The notes under the pieces were generated by a model. That model worked only from the letters and a program-made list of their open reading frames with translations, was not told the DNA's origin and did not search any database. Positions 47,310-59,700 of a stretch of 64,000 nucleotides of DNA are shown in pieces. Within the stretch, counting starts at the first letter, position 1; the number at the start of each line of letters is the position of its first letter. A program made the position numbers and the translations under genes. This DNA is from Cetorhinus maximus (Eukaryota): contig NC_135893.1 in the NCBI RefSeq assembly GCF_964194155.1, positions 82,646,001-82,710,000 on the forward strand, read 5' to 3'.

Positions 47310-48600
47310 TTTTATCATTATTCATTCATGGGATGTGGGCGTCGCTGGCTAGGCCAACAATTATTGCCTATCCCTAATTGCCCTTCAGAAGGTGGTGGTG
47401 AGCTGCCATCTTGAACGGCTGAAGTCTATGTGGCGTAGGTACACCCACAGTGCTTTTAGGGAGGGAGTTCCAGGATTTTGACCCAGCGACAGTAAAGGAA
47501 CAGCAAAATATTTCCAAGTCTGGATGGTGAGTGGCTCGGAGAGGAACTCCCAGGTGATGGTGTTCCCATGTGTCTGCTGCCCTTGTCCTTCTAAATGATA
47601 GTGATCGTGGGTTTGGAAGGTGCTGTCTGAGGAGGCTTGGTGAGCTCCTACAGTGCATCTTGTAGATGGTAAACACTGCTGCCACTGTCTGTCAGTGGTA
47701 GAGGGAGTAAATGTTTGTGGATAGGGTGCCAATCAAGCGGGCTGCTTTGTCCTGGATGGTGTTAAGCTCCTTGAGTGTTGTTGGATCCAGGCATGTGGGG
47801 AGTATTCCATCATACTCCTGACATGTGCCTTGTAGAGAGTGGACAGCCTTTGGAGAGTCAGGAGGTGAGTTACTTGCTGCAGGAATCCTAGCTTCTGACC
47901 TGCTCTTAAAGCCACAGTATTTATATGGCTAGTCCAGATCAGTTCCTGGTCAATGGTAACCCCCAGGATGTTGATAGTGGAGGATTCAGCAGTGGTAATG
48001 CCATTGAATGTCAAGGGGTGATGGTTAGATTCTCTCTTGTTGGAGATGGTCATTGCCTGGCACTTGTGTGGCATGAATGTTACTTGCCACTTGTCAGCCT
48101 AAGCCTGGATATTGTCCAGGTCTTGCTGCATTTGGACATGGACTGCTTCAGTATCGGAGGAGTTGCAAATGGTGCTGAGCATTGTGCGATCATCAGCGAA
48201 CATCCCCACTTGTGACCTTTTGATGGAAGGAAGGTCATTGATGAAGCAGCTAAGATGCTTGGGCCTAGGACATTACCCTGAGGAACTCCTGCAGGGTTGT
48301 CCTGAAACTGAGATGATTGACCCCCAACAACCACCACCATCTTCCTTTGTGCGATTCCCATTGACTCCAGTTTTGCTAGGGCTCCTTGATGTCACAGTTG
48401 GTCAAATGCTGCCTTGATGTCAAGGGTAGGCATTCTCACCTCACCTCGGGAGTTCAGCTCTTTTATCCATGTTTGAACCAAGGCTGTAATGAGATCAGGA
48501 GCTGAGTGACCCTGGCGGACCCAAACTGAGCATCAGTGAGCAGGTTATTGTTAAGCAAGTGCCGCTTGATAGCACTGTTGATGACCCCTTCCATCACTTT
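47310..48600 (-). mobile_element. CR1/L2-group LINE, 3' 1.3 kb (decayed RT plus tail)
   Basis: AGVPQGNVLGP, INILGVTIDQEL and LYKAHVRSMMEYS fragments; tail ends atgaatgaataa. Confidence 0.9.
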
Positions 48601-48711
48601 ACAGGTGTATTGTAATAACCTTGAGTTAATACAGTGTGGCAGAGGTATCCGCTCTACTGAGTACCTGCTTCATTTGCTGCTGACTGTGTTCATTTAATGA
48701 ATGAAACGGGC

Positions 48712-49887
48712 AGGACAACTACAGGCCCAACAGCTTAACATCTGTCATAGGGAAAATATTAGACGCAATTATTAAAGACATTATAGCAGGGCATTTAGAT
48801 AAATTCAAGGTAATCAGACACAGTTAACATGGTTTTGTGAGAAGGAAATCATATTTAACCAATTTATTGGAGTCCTTTGAAGAAGTAACTTGTACTGTGA
48901 ATAAAGGGGAGCCAGTGGATGTACTGTACTTAGATTTCCAGAAGGCATTTGATAAGGTGCCACATCAAAAGATATTGTGGAAAATAAAAGTTCACGGTGT
49001 AAGAGTAACATTGGCAGGGATAGAAGATTGGCTAACTAACAGGAAACAGAGAGTAGGCATAAATGGGCCATTTTCTGGTTGGCAGGATGTAACGAGTGGT
49101 GTGCCACAAGGATCAGTGCTGGGGCCTCAACTTCTTCACAGTCCATATAAATGACTTGGATGAAGGGACCGAAGGTATGGTTGCTAAATTTTCTGATGAT
49201 ACAAATTAGGAAAGTAAGTTGTACAGGGATATAGATGGGTTAAGTGAGTGGGCAAAGATCTGGCAAATGGAGTATAATTTGGGAAAATGTAAAATTACCC
49301 ATTTTGGCTGGGAGAATTAAGAAGGAACATATTATCTAAATGGTGAGAGGTTGCAGAGCTCTGAGATGCAGAGGGATCTGGGTGTCCTAGTGCATGAATC
49401 GCAAAAAGTTAGTATGCAGGTACAGCAAGTAATTTGGAAAACTAATGTAATGTTTATTGCGAGGGGAATTGAATGCAAAAGTAGAGAGGTTATACTTCAG
49501 TTATACAGGGCATTGGTGAGACCACATCTGGACTAGTGTGTATAATACTGGTTTCCTTATTTAAGGAAGGATGTAAATGCTTTGGAAGCAGTTCAGCAGA
49601 GGTTTACTAGACTAATACCTGGAATGGGCGTGTTGTTTTATGAGGAAAGATTGGACAGGCTAGGCTTGTATCCGCTGGAGTTTAGAAGAGTAAGAGGTGA
49701 CCTGATTGAAACTTAAAAGATCCTGAGGGGTCTTAACAGAGTGAATATGGAAGGGATGTTTCCTCTTGTTGGAGAATCTAGAACTAGGGGACACTTTAAA
49801 AATAAGGGTCGCCCATCTAAAACAGAGATGAGAAATTTCTTCTCTGAGGGTCGTGTGTCTTTGGAACTCCCTTCCTCAAATGGTAGT
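48712..49887 (+). mobile_element. CR1 LINE RT fragment, cut at its 3' end by a Harbinger TIR
   Basis: YLDFQKAFDKVPH, SGVPQGSVLGP and QLYRALVRPHL motifs. Confidence 0.92.
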
Positions 49888-50730
49888 GGGCGGAATTTTA
49901 TGTGCCTGCTGGCATCGGGCGTGTTCGGCGGAGTGAGTGGACAATATGGCGAGAAGGCCAAAAAATTGATTTCAGGATGTCCTGAAACCGGTTTGCAATC
50001 ATCGCTCCGCCTGTCAATGGCGGGCCACATTTCCCGCTTTCGAATGTCGGGAACCTCGTTTTAATAGATCTGCATATCATTATAAGGCCAGCCCGCCGAA
50101 ATCATTTCCCCACACTGGATCACCCACTCATGCCGGCGGGAAAGCATGCCAGTGCAGAACGCATCTTGACAAGTGTGACGAGCAGAAGTCGGGACTTACC
50201 ACCAGGGCCTTGCTCACATCGTGGACATCTGAGGAGCAGAAGCTGCTGGAGCCTGGCAGCAACAGGACCCTGGAGAAACGTCCATGGCATGCTGGGTGGG
50301 TTCTCATGGATATGGCTTTGCCGCGACGCATCTCACAGAAGGTGGAAAGTCACGATTGAGGGTCTGCTTACAACGTGTGATCATCAAGGGGGTGGAGAGG
50401 AAGGTCCAGCTGTGTTTGAGAGAGGAAGATGCACCAGGGGTGGGAGAGGAAGGTCTAGGATTGACTGATAGAGGAAGAGATGCCTTGGGGGGGTGCGCAG
50501 TGAGGTCATGAGGAGGCTAACAAAGGTCTCGGGGATGAGGTTGGGGGGGCAGGGAACGAAGGTGTTGCATGGGATGAGGGTGGGGGGGAACGAAGGTGTC
50601 GGCGGGGTGAGGTTGGGAGGGTGGATCAAAGGCGTCGGTGGGGTTAGGTTGGGAGGAGGGGAGCGAAGGTGTCAGGGGGTGAGGTTGGGAGGGGGAAATT
50701 AAGGTGTCGGCAGGGGGTTGAAGTTGGGTG
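49888..50730. mobile_element. Truncated Harbinger-type element end
   Basis: Starts gggcggaatttta, the same TIR consensus as 43414-43427; CpG-rich subterminal region followed by G-rich repeats. Confidence 0.65.
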
Positions 50731-51480
50731 ATGCAGTTGCAGCACAGTGGTATACAGCCCTGGGAGTCCTCAGCATTGACTCCAGATCCCATGAAGTCAC
50801 ATGACATCAAGTTAAACATGGAGAAGGATATGTCCTGCTGATTAAAAGCAAAATACTGCAGATGCTGGAAATCTGAAACAAAAACAGAAAATGCTGGAAA
50901 AAAATCAGCAGGTCTAACAGCATCTGTGGAGAGAAAAACAGAGTTAATGTTTCGAGTCCGTATGACTCTTCTTCAGAGCTAAAGAGAAGTAAAAATGTGA
51001 TGAAATTTATTCTGTTTAAGGGGGGTGGTGCAGGTGAAGCTGGATAGAAGGACAGTTATATAGGTGGGGGCAAAGGAGAGATTGACAAAGATGTCATCAA
51101 CAAAATGACAAAAGGGGTGTTAATGATAGTTGTAAGGGCTAAAGGAGGTGCTGATAGTGGCATTAAGATGAGAAAGCAGAATGTGATAGTAGCAGGACAA
51201 GGGTAAGCACAATGAAAAGAACAACATGAACAAGTGACAGATGGCCCTTGTGGGGGAGGGGACGTTGGTGGGGAAAAAAGATCGAAAATAGGATAAAAGG
51301 TGGGGATAAAACAATGAATGAATGAATAAAAATAAGTGCTAAAAAATGAAAATTGAAAAGTAAAAATGAATATGGAAAAAGGGTAAAAAAGAAGGGTGAG
51401 GATAGAGGAGAGAGTTCATGGTCTGAAGTTGTTGAACTCAATGTTAAGTCCAGAAGGCTGTAAAGTGCCTAATCGAAAGA

Positions 51481-53380
51481 ATTGAAATAAGGAAATCAAA
51501 GAGAGGGCGTGAAAAAAGATTAGCAAGTAAAGTTAAAGATAACCCAAAGATGTTTTACCAATACATTAATGCTAAAAGGTTAGTTAAGGAAAAAGTGGCA
51601 CTATCAGAGATGAAGATGGAAACTTGTGTGTAGATGTAGAGGCTGTGAGAAGGGTTTTGAATGAACATTTTGTCTCTGTGTTTACAAAGGAAAGGGAGGA
51701 TGTAGATATAGTAGTCCAGGAGGAACACTGTGAGATATTGGATGGGATATTCATAAAGAAAGAGGAAGTACTCGAAGGATTGAAATCCTTGAAAGTTGAT
51801 AAGTCACCAGGGCCAGATGGATTGTTTCTGAGGCTGCTGAAGGAAGTCAGGGAGGAGATAGCAGATGCTCTGAGGATGATTTTTCCAATCTTCACTAGAT
51901 ACAGGGGAGGTACCGGAAGGCTGGAGAAATGCAAACGTAGTTCCATTGTTTAAAAAGGGATCAAAAGAAATGCCAAACAATTATAGGCCAGTTAGTCTTA
52001 CATCAGTGGTGAGCAAATTAGTAGAATCAATCTTGAGAGATAGGATTAACTGTCATGTGGAAAGGCATGGACTAGTCAGGGATGGTTAGCATGGATTTGT
52101 TAAAGGAAGGTCTTGCCTCACAAATTTGATTGAATTCTTTGAGGAAGTGACAAGAAGCATTGATGAAGGTAGTGCAGTGGATGTTGTGTACATGGATTTT
52201 AGCAAGGCGTTTGACAAGGTCCTACATGGCAGATTGGTCAGGAAAGTAAAAGCCCATGGGATTCAGGGTAATGTGGCAAACTGGATAAAAGGTCAGCTTT
52301 GTAACAGGAAACAAAGGGTAATGGTCGATGGATGCCCTTGCGAATGGAAAATTGTCTCAAGTGTTGTTCCTCAGGGCTCCGTGTTGGGACCCTTGCTGTT
52401 TGTGTTATGTATTAACGATTTGGACGTGAACGTTGGGGGCACGATTGGGAAATTTGCAGGTGACACAAAGATTGGCCGAGTAGTGGATAGTGTAGAGGAT
52501 AGCCATAATCTCCAAAGCGATATAGATGGGTTGGTGGAGTGGGCGGTAAAGTGGCAGATGGATTTTAACATAGAGAAGTGTGAGGTCATACATTTAGGGA
52601 GGTCAAACAGTTACAGGGATTATACAATAAATGGGAATATACTAAGAGGGGTAGATGAAGTGAGAGATCTTGGCGTACAAGTACACAGGTCCCTGAAGGC
52701 AGCAGTTCAAGTAGACAAGGTTGTAAAGAAGGCATATGGAATGCTCTCCTTCACTGGCAGAGGTATAGAATATAAAAGTAAGAATATATTGTTGGAATTG
52801 TATAAAACACTGGTGAGGCCACAACTGGAGTATTGTGTGCAGTTCTGGTCACCACATCACAGGAAGGATGTAATAGCTCTGGAGAGAGTGCAGAGGAGGT
52901 TTACAAGAATGTGGCCAGGGTTAGAAAAGTGTAACTACGAGGAGAGATTGGATAGGTTGGGGTTATTCTCCTTAGAACAAAGAAGGCTGAGAGGTGACTT
53001 GATTGAGGTGTTCAAAATTATGAGGGGAATAAATAGAGTGGACAGGATAAAATTGTTTCCCTTGGTGGAGAATTCTAGAACCAGGGGACATAGATTCAAG
53101 ATAAGTGGCAGAAAGTGTAGGGGGGACATGAGGAAGAAATTTTTTATGCAGAAGGTAGTGGGTGTCTGGAATTCACTGCCCAAGTTGGTGGTAGAGGCAG
53201 AAACTCTAAACTCTTTTTAAAAAGTACCTGGATCTGCACCTAAAGTGCTGTAAGCTGCAGGGCTATGGGCCAGGTGCAGGAAGGTGGGATTAGAAAGGGC
53301 ACCTGGGTATCCTCGGGTTGGCATGGACAAGATGGGCTGAATGGCCTCCTTCTGTGCTGTAACTTTTCTATGGATCTATG
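51481..53380 (+). mobile_element. 5'-truncated, relatively young CR1 LINE inserted in the Penelope element; long RT ORF at 52126-53220
   Basis: 364-aa open frame with YMDFSKAFDKV, VPQGSVLGPLLF and KFAGDTKIG; tail ttctatggatctatg; Penelope sequence rejoins across the insertion (aatcgaaaga | tgaggtgctg). Confidence 0.93.
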
Positions 53381-56016
53381 AGGTGCTGTGCCTCCGGTTT
53401 GTGTTGGGCTTCACTGGAACATTGCAGCAGACCAAGGACGGACATGTGGTCATGAGAGCAGGATGGTGTGTTGACATGGCAAGTGACAGGAAGGGCCATG
53501 CTTGCGGACAGACCGAAGGTGTTCCGCAAAGTGGTCACTCAGTCTGCGTTTGGTGTCTCCAATGTAGAGGAGACCGTGTTGGGAGCAGCGAATACAGTAG
53601 ACCAAATTTGAAGGAGGTACAAGTGAAGTGCTGCTTCACCTGAAAGAAGTGTTTGGGCCCTTAGATGGTGAGGAGAGAGGAGGTAAAGGGGCAGGCGTTG
53701 CACTTTCTACGATTGCATGGGAAGGTGCTGTGGGAGGGGGATGAGGTGTTGGAGTTGGGGGTGATGGAGGAGTGAACAGTCCCTACGGAATGCCGACAGG
53801 CAGGGTGAAGGGAAGATGTATTTGGAGGTGGTGGAAATGGCGGAGGATGATCCTTTGAATGCGGAGGCTGGTGGGGTGAAAAGTGAGGACAAGGGGGACC
53901 CTATCATGGTTATGGGAGAGAGAGGAAGGTGTGAGGGCAGGGGTGCCGGAGATGGGTCAGACACAGTTGAGGGCCCTGTCAACCACAGTGGGTGGGAAAC
54001 CTCTGTTAAGGAAGAAGGAAGACATGTCAGAAGCGCAGTTTTGGAAAGTGGCATCATTGGAACAGATGTGATGCAGGCGAAGGAACTGAGAGAATGGGAT
54101 GGACTCCTTACAGGAAGCAGGATGTGAGGAGCTAAAGTCGAGGTAGCTGTTGGAGTCGGTGGGCTTGTAATGAATATTGGTGGACAGTCTATCACCAGAA
54201 ATTGAGACAAAGGTCAAGGAAGGGAAGGGAAGTGTTGGAGGTGGACCATGTGAAGGTGATAGAGAGGTGGAAATTGGAAGCAAAATTGATAAATTTTTCC
54301 AGGTCCAGACGAGAGCTTGAAGCGGCACCGAAACTGTCATTGATGTACTGAAAGAAAGAGTTGTGGGAGGGGGCCTGAGTTGGACTGGAACAAGGAATGT
54401 TCCACATACCCCATAAAGAGACAGGCATAACTGGGGCCCATGAGGATACCCATAGCCACACCTTTTATTTGGAGGAAGTGAGACAAGTTTAAGGAGAAAT
54501 TGTTCAGTGAGAGAACAAGTCCAGCCAGACGGAGGTAAGTGATGGTGGATGGGGATTGTTCGGGCCTGTGTTCAAGGAAGAAGTGGAGAGCCCTGAGACC
54601 ATCCTGGTGGGGGATGGAGGTGTAGAGGGATTGGATGTCCATGGTGAAGAGGAGGCGGTTAGAGCCAGGGGACTGGAAATTGTTGATATGATGTAGGGCA
54701 TCACAGGGATCGCGGATGTAGGTGGGAAGAGACTGGACATGGGAAGAGAGAATGGAGTCAAGATAAGAAGAAATGAGCTCTGTGGGGCAGGAACAGGCTG
54801 ATATGATCGGTCTACCGGGACAGTCCTGTTTGTGGATTTTGGGGAGGAGGCAAAAGTGGACTGTGTGGGGTTGGGAGACTATGAGGTTGGAAGCTGTGGA
54901 GGGAAGATCTCCAGGGAGATGAGGTCAGTGACAGTCCTGGAAACAATGGCTTGATGTTCGGTGGCGGGGTCATGGTCCAGGGGGAGGTAGGAGGAAGTGC
55001 CTGAGAATTGGCGCTCAGCCTCTGCGAGGTAGAGGTCAGTACGCCAGACAACAGCAGCACCACCGTTGTCGGCAGGTTTGATAATAAAGTCAGGGTTGGA
55101 CCTAAGAGAACAGAGTGTGGCAAGTTCAGAAGGTGACAGGTTAGAGTGGGTGAGAGGAGCAGAGAAATTGAGATGGCCAATGTCACGCTGACGGTTCTCA
55201 ATAGAAAGATCAAGAGCAGGTAAGAGGCCAGAGGGAGAGGTCCAGGTGGAGGGAGAATACTGGAGGTGGGTGAAAGGATCCATTGAACGGAAGGAGGACT
55301 CCTGACCAAAGAAGTGAGCACGGAGACGAAGGCGGCGGAAGAAGAGTTCAACACCATGCCGAGCCTGAAATTCATTGAGGTGAGGGCACAAGGGTATGAA
55401 ACTGAGTCCTTTGCTAAGCACTGAATGTTTAGCATCAGTGAGGGGAAGATCAGAGGGTATGGTGAATACACGAGAAAGGGCTGGGATTAGAAGAGGGATG
55501 AGGTCAGAGTGACAAGCCCTGGATGGGCATTGGTATCAAAAAATTGTTGGAGCCTGCAGTCCTCAGCACCTGAAAGGAAGAGACAAAGATTCTTGTTAAG
55601 ACGTCAGATGAGATGAAGATTAAAATGAAACTGGGGACAAGGACAGCTTTGAGATAGGGTGAGATGGTGCTGCTGGAGGGAGAGGTCGAGTGTGTTCATA
55701 TGGCGGCACATGCACTGAGTGTGGATCCCAGGATGCGGCAAGAACAGCAGTCCGAGGAACTTTGTATGTCCCGGAGGTACCTGTAATCCTGGGTGGATTC
55801 GAAACATGAGGGATGGAACTTGAGTTGGAATCCACTTGGGTTAAGTCGGAGACGGAGATTATTACTGAGGAAGGAAATATGGCTGTGAAAGCGAGTTTTG
55901 GTAATCACCTTGTCAACCACCAGGAGGGAAATGGAAAGCAATGAAGGTGAACATGCCAAAAGAGACTAATGGAAATCCTGTCGGAGGGAAGAGCAGTACT
56001 TCTTCAAGGTAGGCAT
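53381..56016 (-). pseudogene. Penelope RT plus GIY-YIG ORF, disrupted
   Basis: LSKGLSFIP, IIKPADNGGAAVVW, MDIQSLYTSIPH, QIKGVAMG, IHYKPTDSNSYL and ESIPFSQFLRL motifs; GIY-YIG-like CIRC..CGLLYVGET in the inverted copy at ~56375-56415. Confidence 0.9.
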
Positions 56017-56599
56017 TCCTGGAAGAGAAGTGGCAGTGAATTAAACACTAAGATAAAAGCAAAATACTGCGGATGCTGGAAATCTGAAACAAAAACAGAA
56101 AATGCTGGAAAAAAATTAAGTCTAACAGTATCTGTGGAGAGAAAAGCAGAGTTAATGTTTTGAGTCCAAATGACTTTTCTTCAGAGCTGAAGGGAAGTAA
56201 AAATGTGATCACCCCAACACCTCATCCCCCTCCCACAGCACCTTCCCATGCCATCGCAGAAGGTGCAACACCTGCCCCTTTACCCCCTCCCTCCTCACCA
56301 TCCAAGGCCCCAAACACTCCTTTCAGGTGAAGCAGCGCTTCACTTGCACCTCCTTCAATTTGGTCTAATGCATTCGCTGCTTCCAATGCGGTCTCCTCTA
56401 TGTTGGAGAGACCAGCCGCAGACTGGGTGACCGCTTTGTGGAACATCTTCGGTCTGTCCGCGAGCATGACCCAGCCCTCCCTGTTGCATGCCATTTCAAC
56501 ACACCATCCTGCTCTCATGCCCACACATCTTTGGCCTGCTGCAATGTTCCAGTGAAGCCCAACGCAAACTGGAGGAACATCACATTTTTTCTTCTCTTT

Positions 56600-56638
56600 A
56601 GCTCTGAAGAAGAGTCATACGGACTTGAAACATTAACT
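56600..56638 (+). ncRNA. Hammerhead-ribozyme-like motif in the Penelope pLTR (canonical CUGAAGA core); also on minus strand at ~50942-50980 and ~56150-56188
   Basis: agct-CTGAAGA-a-gagtc atacg gactt-GAAA-ca-tt-aact; stems I and III imperfect. Confidence 0.5.
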
Positions 56639-56716
56639 CTTGTTTTTCTCTCCACAGATGCTGTTAGACCTGCTGAGTTTTTCCAGGATTTTCTGTTTTT
56701 GTCCTGCTGATTACTC

Positions 56717-59700
56717 CGTTATTGTGGATTTTTTTCGGGATTCCTTGGTTTCTTATTCTAAAAAAGATCATACTGGAGGCAATGGTCTTTCATTCAAAAT
56801 ACCTTTATTTGCATCAATAACTATTTACAAAGTTTAAATAAGACCAAGACATAGCTGGAGCGACTCCAAGATGTTCACTCTCATCTCAGTGAGTGACATC
56901 ACTGTGACATAGCTCCTTATGCACATGCTCAGTAGCTATCATTAGAATTAACCCTTTACTCTACATATCCCCACCATCCCCACCCCACCCGTGCGAGTGT
57001 TTATCTCTGTTTATTATACACACACTCTCCTAAATCTCTCCCCAAAGTCCCTTCTCTTAGAGGGAACTTATCTTTGGTGATTTCACCAGTCTTTCTGAAC
57101 GAATACAGTGCTCCCTCTGACACAGATGAGAATCTTGTTGCTCTGAGGTCAGTTCTTGGGGATTGTCACTCGTGGTTCCCCCCATTTGAGGTTCTGTAGG
57201 TATGACATTCTCTTGAAGCTTTGGGTACTCTGCCCATACTGTTAGTGCTTTCTTCTCCATTGAATTTAGGGCAGATGTGTTCTTCTGAATGATACCTGAC
57301 TGTGTCTTGACCAGATATGATCTCGGTTGCTGTAGCTTCTCAATTACCGTACCAGCATGATTTTGGTCTCTGATCTATACCCGCTGTCCCCTTCCAAGAA
57401 TCGGAAGGTCTTGAGCCCTATGCCTCTGATTAAACGTACAAGCTTGACTTGCTCGATAGGCTTCTCCCTAGCTTTATCATGGTCTCCCACCATGACAGTT
57501 GGTAGCAAGGTGTGGGGCAGGAAAGGAAATTGTGAGCCACCAAATGCTCACATGGGGCAAACCCATTATGTGATGGAGTGGATTGATAACTAAGAGAGCA
57601 AGCTCAAAGTCGTCAGTAGGGTTTTTATAATGCGTACTCCTCGCTCAGCTTCTGCGTTAGACTGAGGGTATTTTGGGGAGCTTGTGGCATGCCCAAATCC
57701 TGCGAAGGATTGGAAGCATTCATTGTCATTTCTGATAATGGACCACAATTTGCCAATGTCGGAATGCTATGTGTAGAGAATATTTTCTTCAAGGAGGTAA
57801 AAACAGCTTCAGAGGTGAGGCCATGTAGCTTTTGCACCTCTATCCAGCGGGAATATTAGTCCACAACAAGAAATATTTTCCCTTTATAGTTTATCAAATC
57901 CATGTCAAGGCCTTGATGGGAAGGAGGAGGGCAGAAGTGGTTCTTCCTGCTCCTGTCTGTGTATGGCATCGGTGACTTATTTGGAGACCCTCTTCTCTAC
58001 AGTGTGTGAAATCCCTGGCCACCATACTGACTGCTGTGCACTGGTTCGACACTTGGTTATATCAAGATGCCCTTGGTGGATATTCTGGAGGGCTTCCAGG
58101 TGGAGAGCTAATGGTACCACCACTCTTGCATCATATACCAGGAGGTCATCCATGAAGCTGAAAATGGTGATGCTGTTTGAAATATTTCCTCAAGACGGGG
58201 TTTCTTAGAATGGGCTATGGCCATCCGTCCAGGCAGTACATGCGAATCTGGATGCACTCTTCACCTTGCCTTTGGGCTGCACAAAATTCACACAACTCCT
58301 GGTCTGTTGCTGGCAAGTATTTGGTAGTCAAGGCTGCGAAGGATTCAACTTCTTCTATGAAGGTTTTACCTTCCATTACTGGGTAAGTGGCGGGTATCCT
58401 GGACGGTGTATTGGCCGTAGTCTGATATTTACCCTGTATGTACTCCGTAGTAGTGTGGTATCTCATGAGCCTAAGTGGAATCACTGAACCCTGAGTGGCA
58501 TCTTTGTGATTTTTTTTTCATGTTCAACAGGGTTACTAATGGCTTGTGATACATCTCAATCTTAAACTGCAGGCCCATTAGATAATCACAGAATTTCTCA
58601 CATGCCCAAGTCGCTACAAGGGATTCCTTTTTGATAACCGCATTGTGCTGTTCAGGCTCGATTTATCATCTAGTCGCATAGTAAGCAGGTCTTCTTTTGC
58701 CACCACTTTGGACAAGGAATAGCACTGCTCCCAGTCTCATTGCAGATGCATCAGCTGCCACAATCATGTGAAGTTCAAGGTCATAGTGGGGTAGAACCTC
58801 AGGATGTTGGCATCGTTTTGTTTTGATTGAATGACTGCTGCTGATGCTCAGTCCAGCACCACACCCGGTAAAAGATGCCTGAGGTGTTCATTTATCTGGG
58901 CTAAGTAAGGCAGGAATTTTACCTAGTTGGCTGACCATGCCCATAAACCTATGTAGCTCTGTTATATTTCTAGATAGTAGGAAATCTTTTATTGTCTTCA
59001 TATTCTGTAGGCCTGCAATAATCCCAGTTGCTTGTATAATGTGCCCTAGGAACTTTATCGTGGGCCTAGAAAACTCATATTTGTCAGTGAGCATCAAGCC
59101 AGTCTCTTGCAGTGTTAAAACTTTCCTAATCCGTTTGTCATGTTCCCGTTTCATCGACCCATGGATCAAGATGTCATCCATGTGGCAAATGATGCCTTCC
59201 ATGTCCTGTAGTTTATTGGACATTGTCCTTTGGAATATTTCAGAGGCTGACATGATGCCAAATGGCAGACGGTTAAAGCTGTACTGTCCAAAGGGCGTAA
59301 TGAAAGTAGTTTGGAGCTTTGATTCCTGATCCAATAGTAACTGTCAGAATTCACTGTTCGCGTCAAGCCTTATGAAGATTGTGTTTTTGGCAAGTTTGGC
59401 CAAGTTCTCATCTAGTGATGCCATTGGATGTATTTATCTTTCCACTGCCTTGTTGAGGTGTGTTAGATCAATGCAGATTTGAATGGAGCCATTCGGCTTT
59501 GGAACTGGTACCATACCAGAGCACCACCTGATTGTTTGGTGACTGGTGAAATGATCACTTGTTGCAGAATCGCTTCTGTCTAACTCCTGACTCTTTTCAG
59601 AAGTGGGTGTGCGGCCTTCCTTGGCGTGAATAGAAAAATGGGTTTGGATAGACAAATGAGTCTTGAGCGTAATGTGACACACTATCTTCAGCTTAGCCAA

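Larger units (their letters stand above)
50845..56699 (-). mobile_element. Penelope-like retroelement: pLTR-ORF-pLTR partial tandem plus an inverted terminal segment, 14-bp TSD
   Basis: TSD tgtcctgctgatta at 50831-50844 and 56700-56713; direct pLTR copies at ~50845-51000 and ~56057-56208; inverted GIY-YIG plus pLTR segment at ~56211-56699. Confidence 0.9.

Noticed and set aside
52126-53220. 364-aa reverse transcriptase ORF as an active or novel RT system
   Set aside because: Typical 5'-truncated CR1 ORF2; the catalytic FADD is mutated to FAGD and the upstream region is frameshifted
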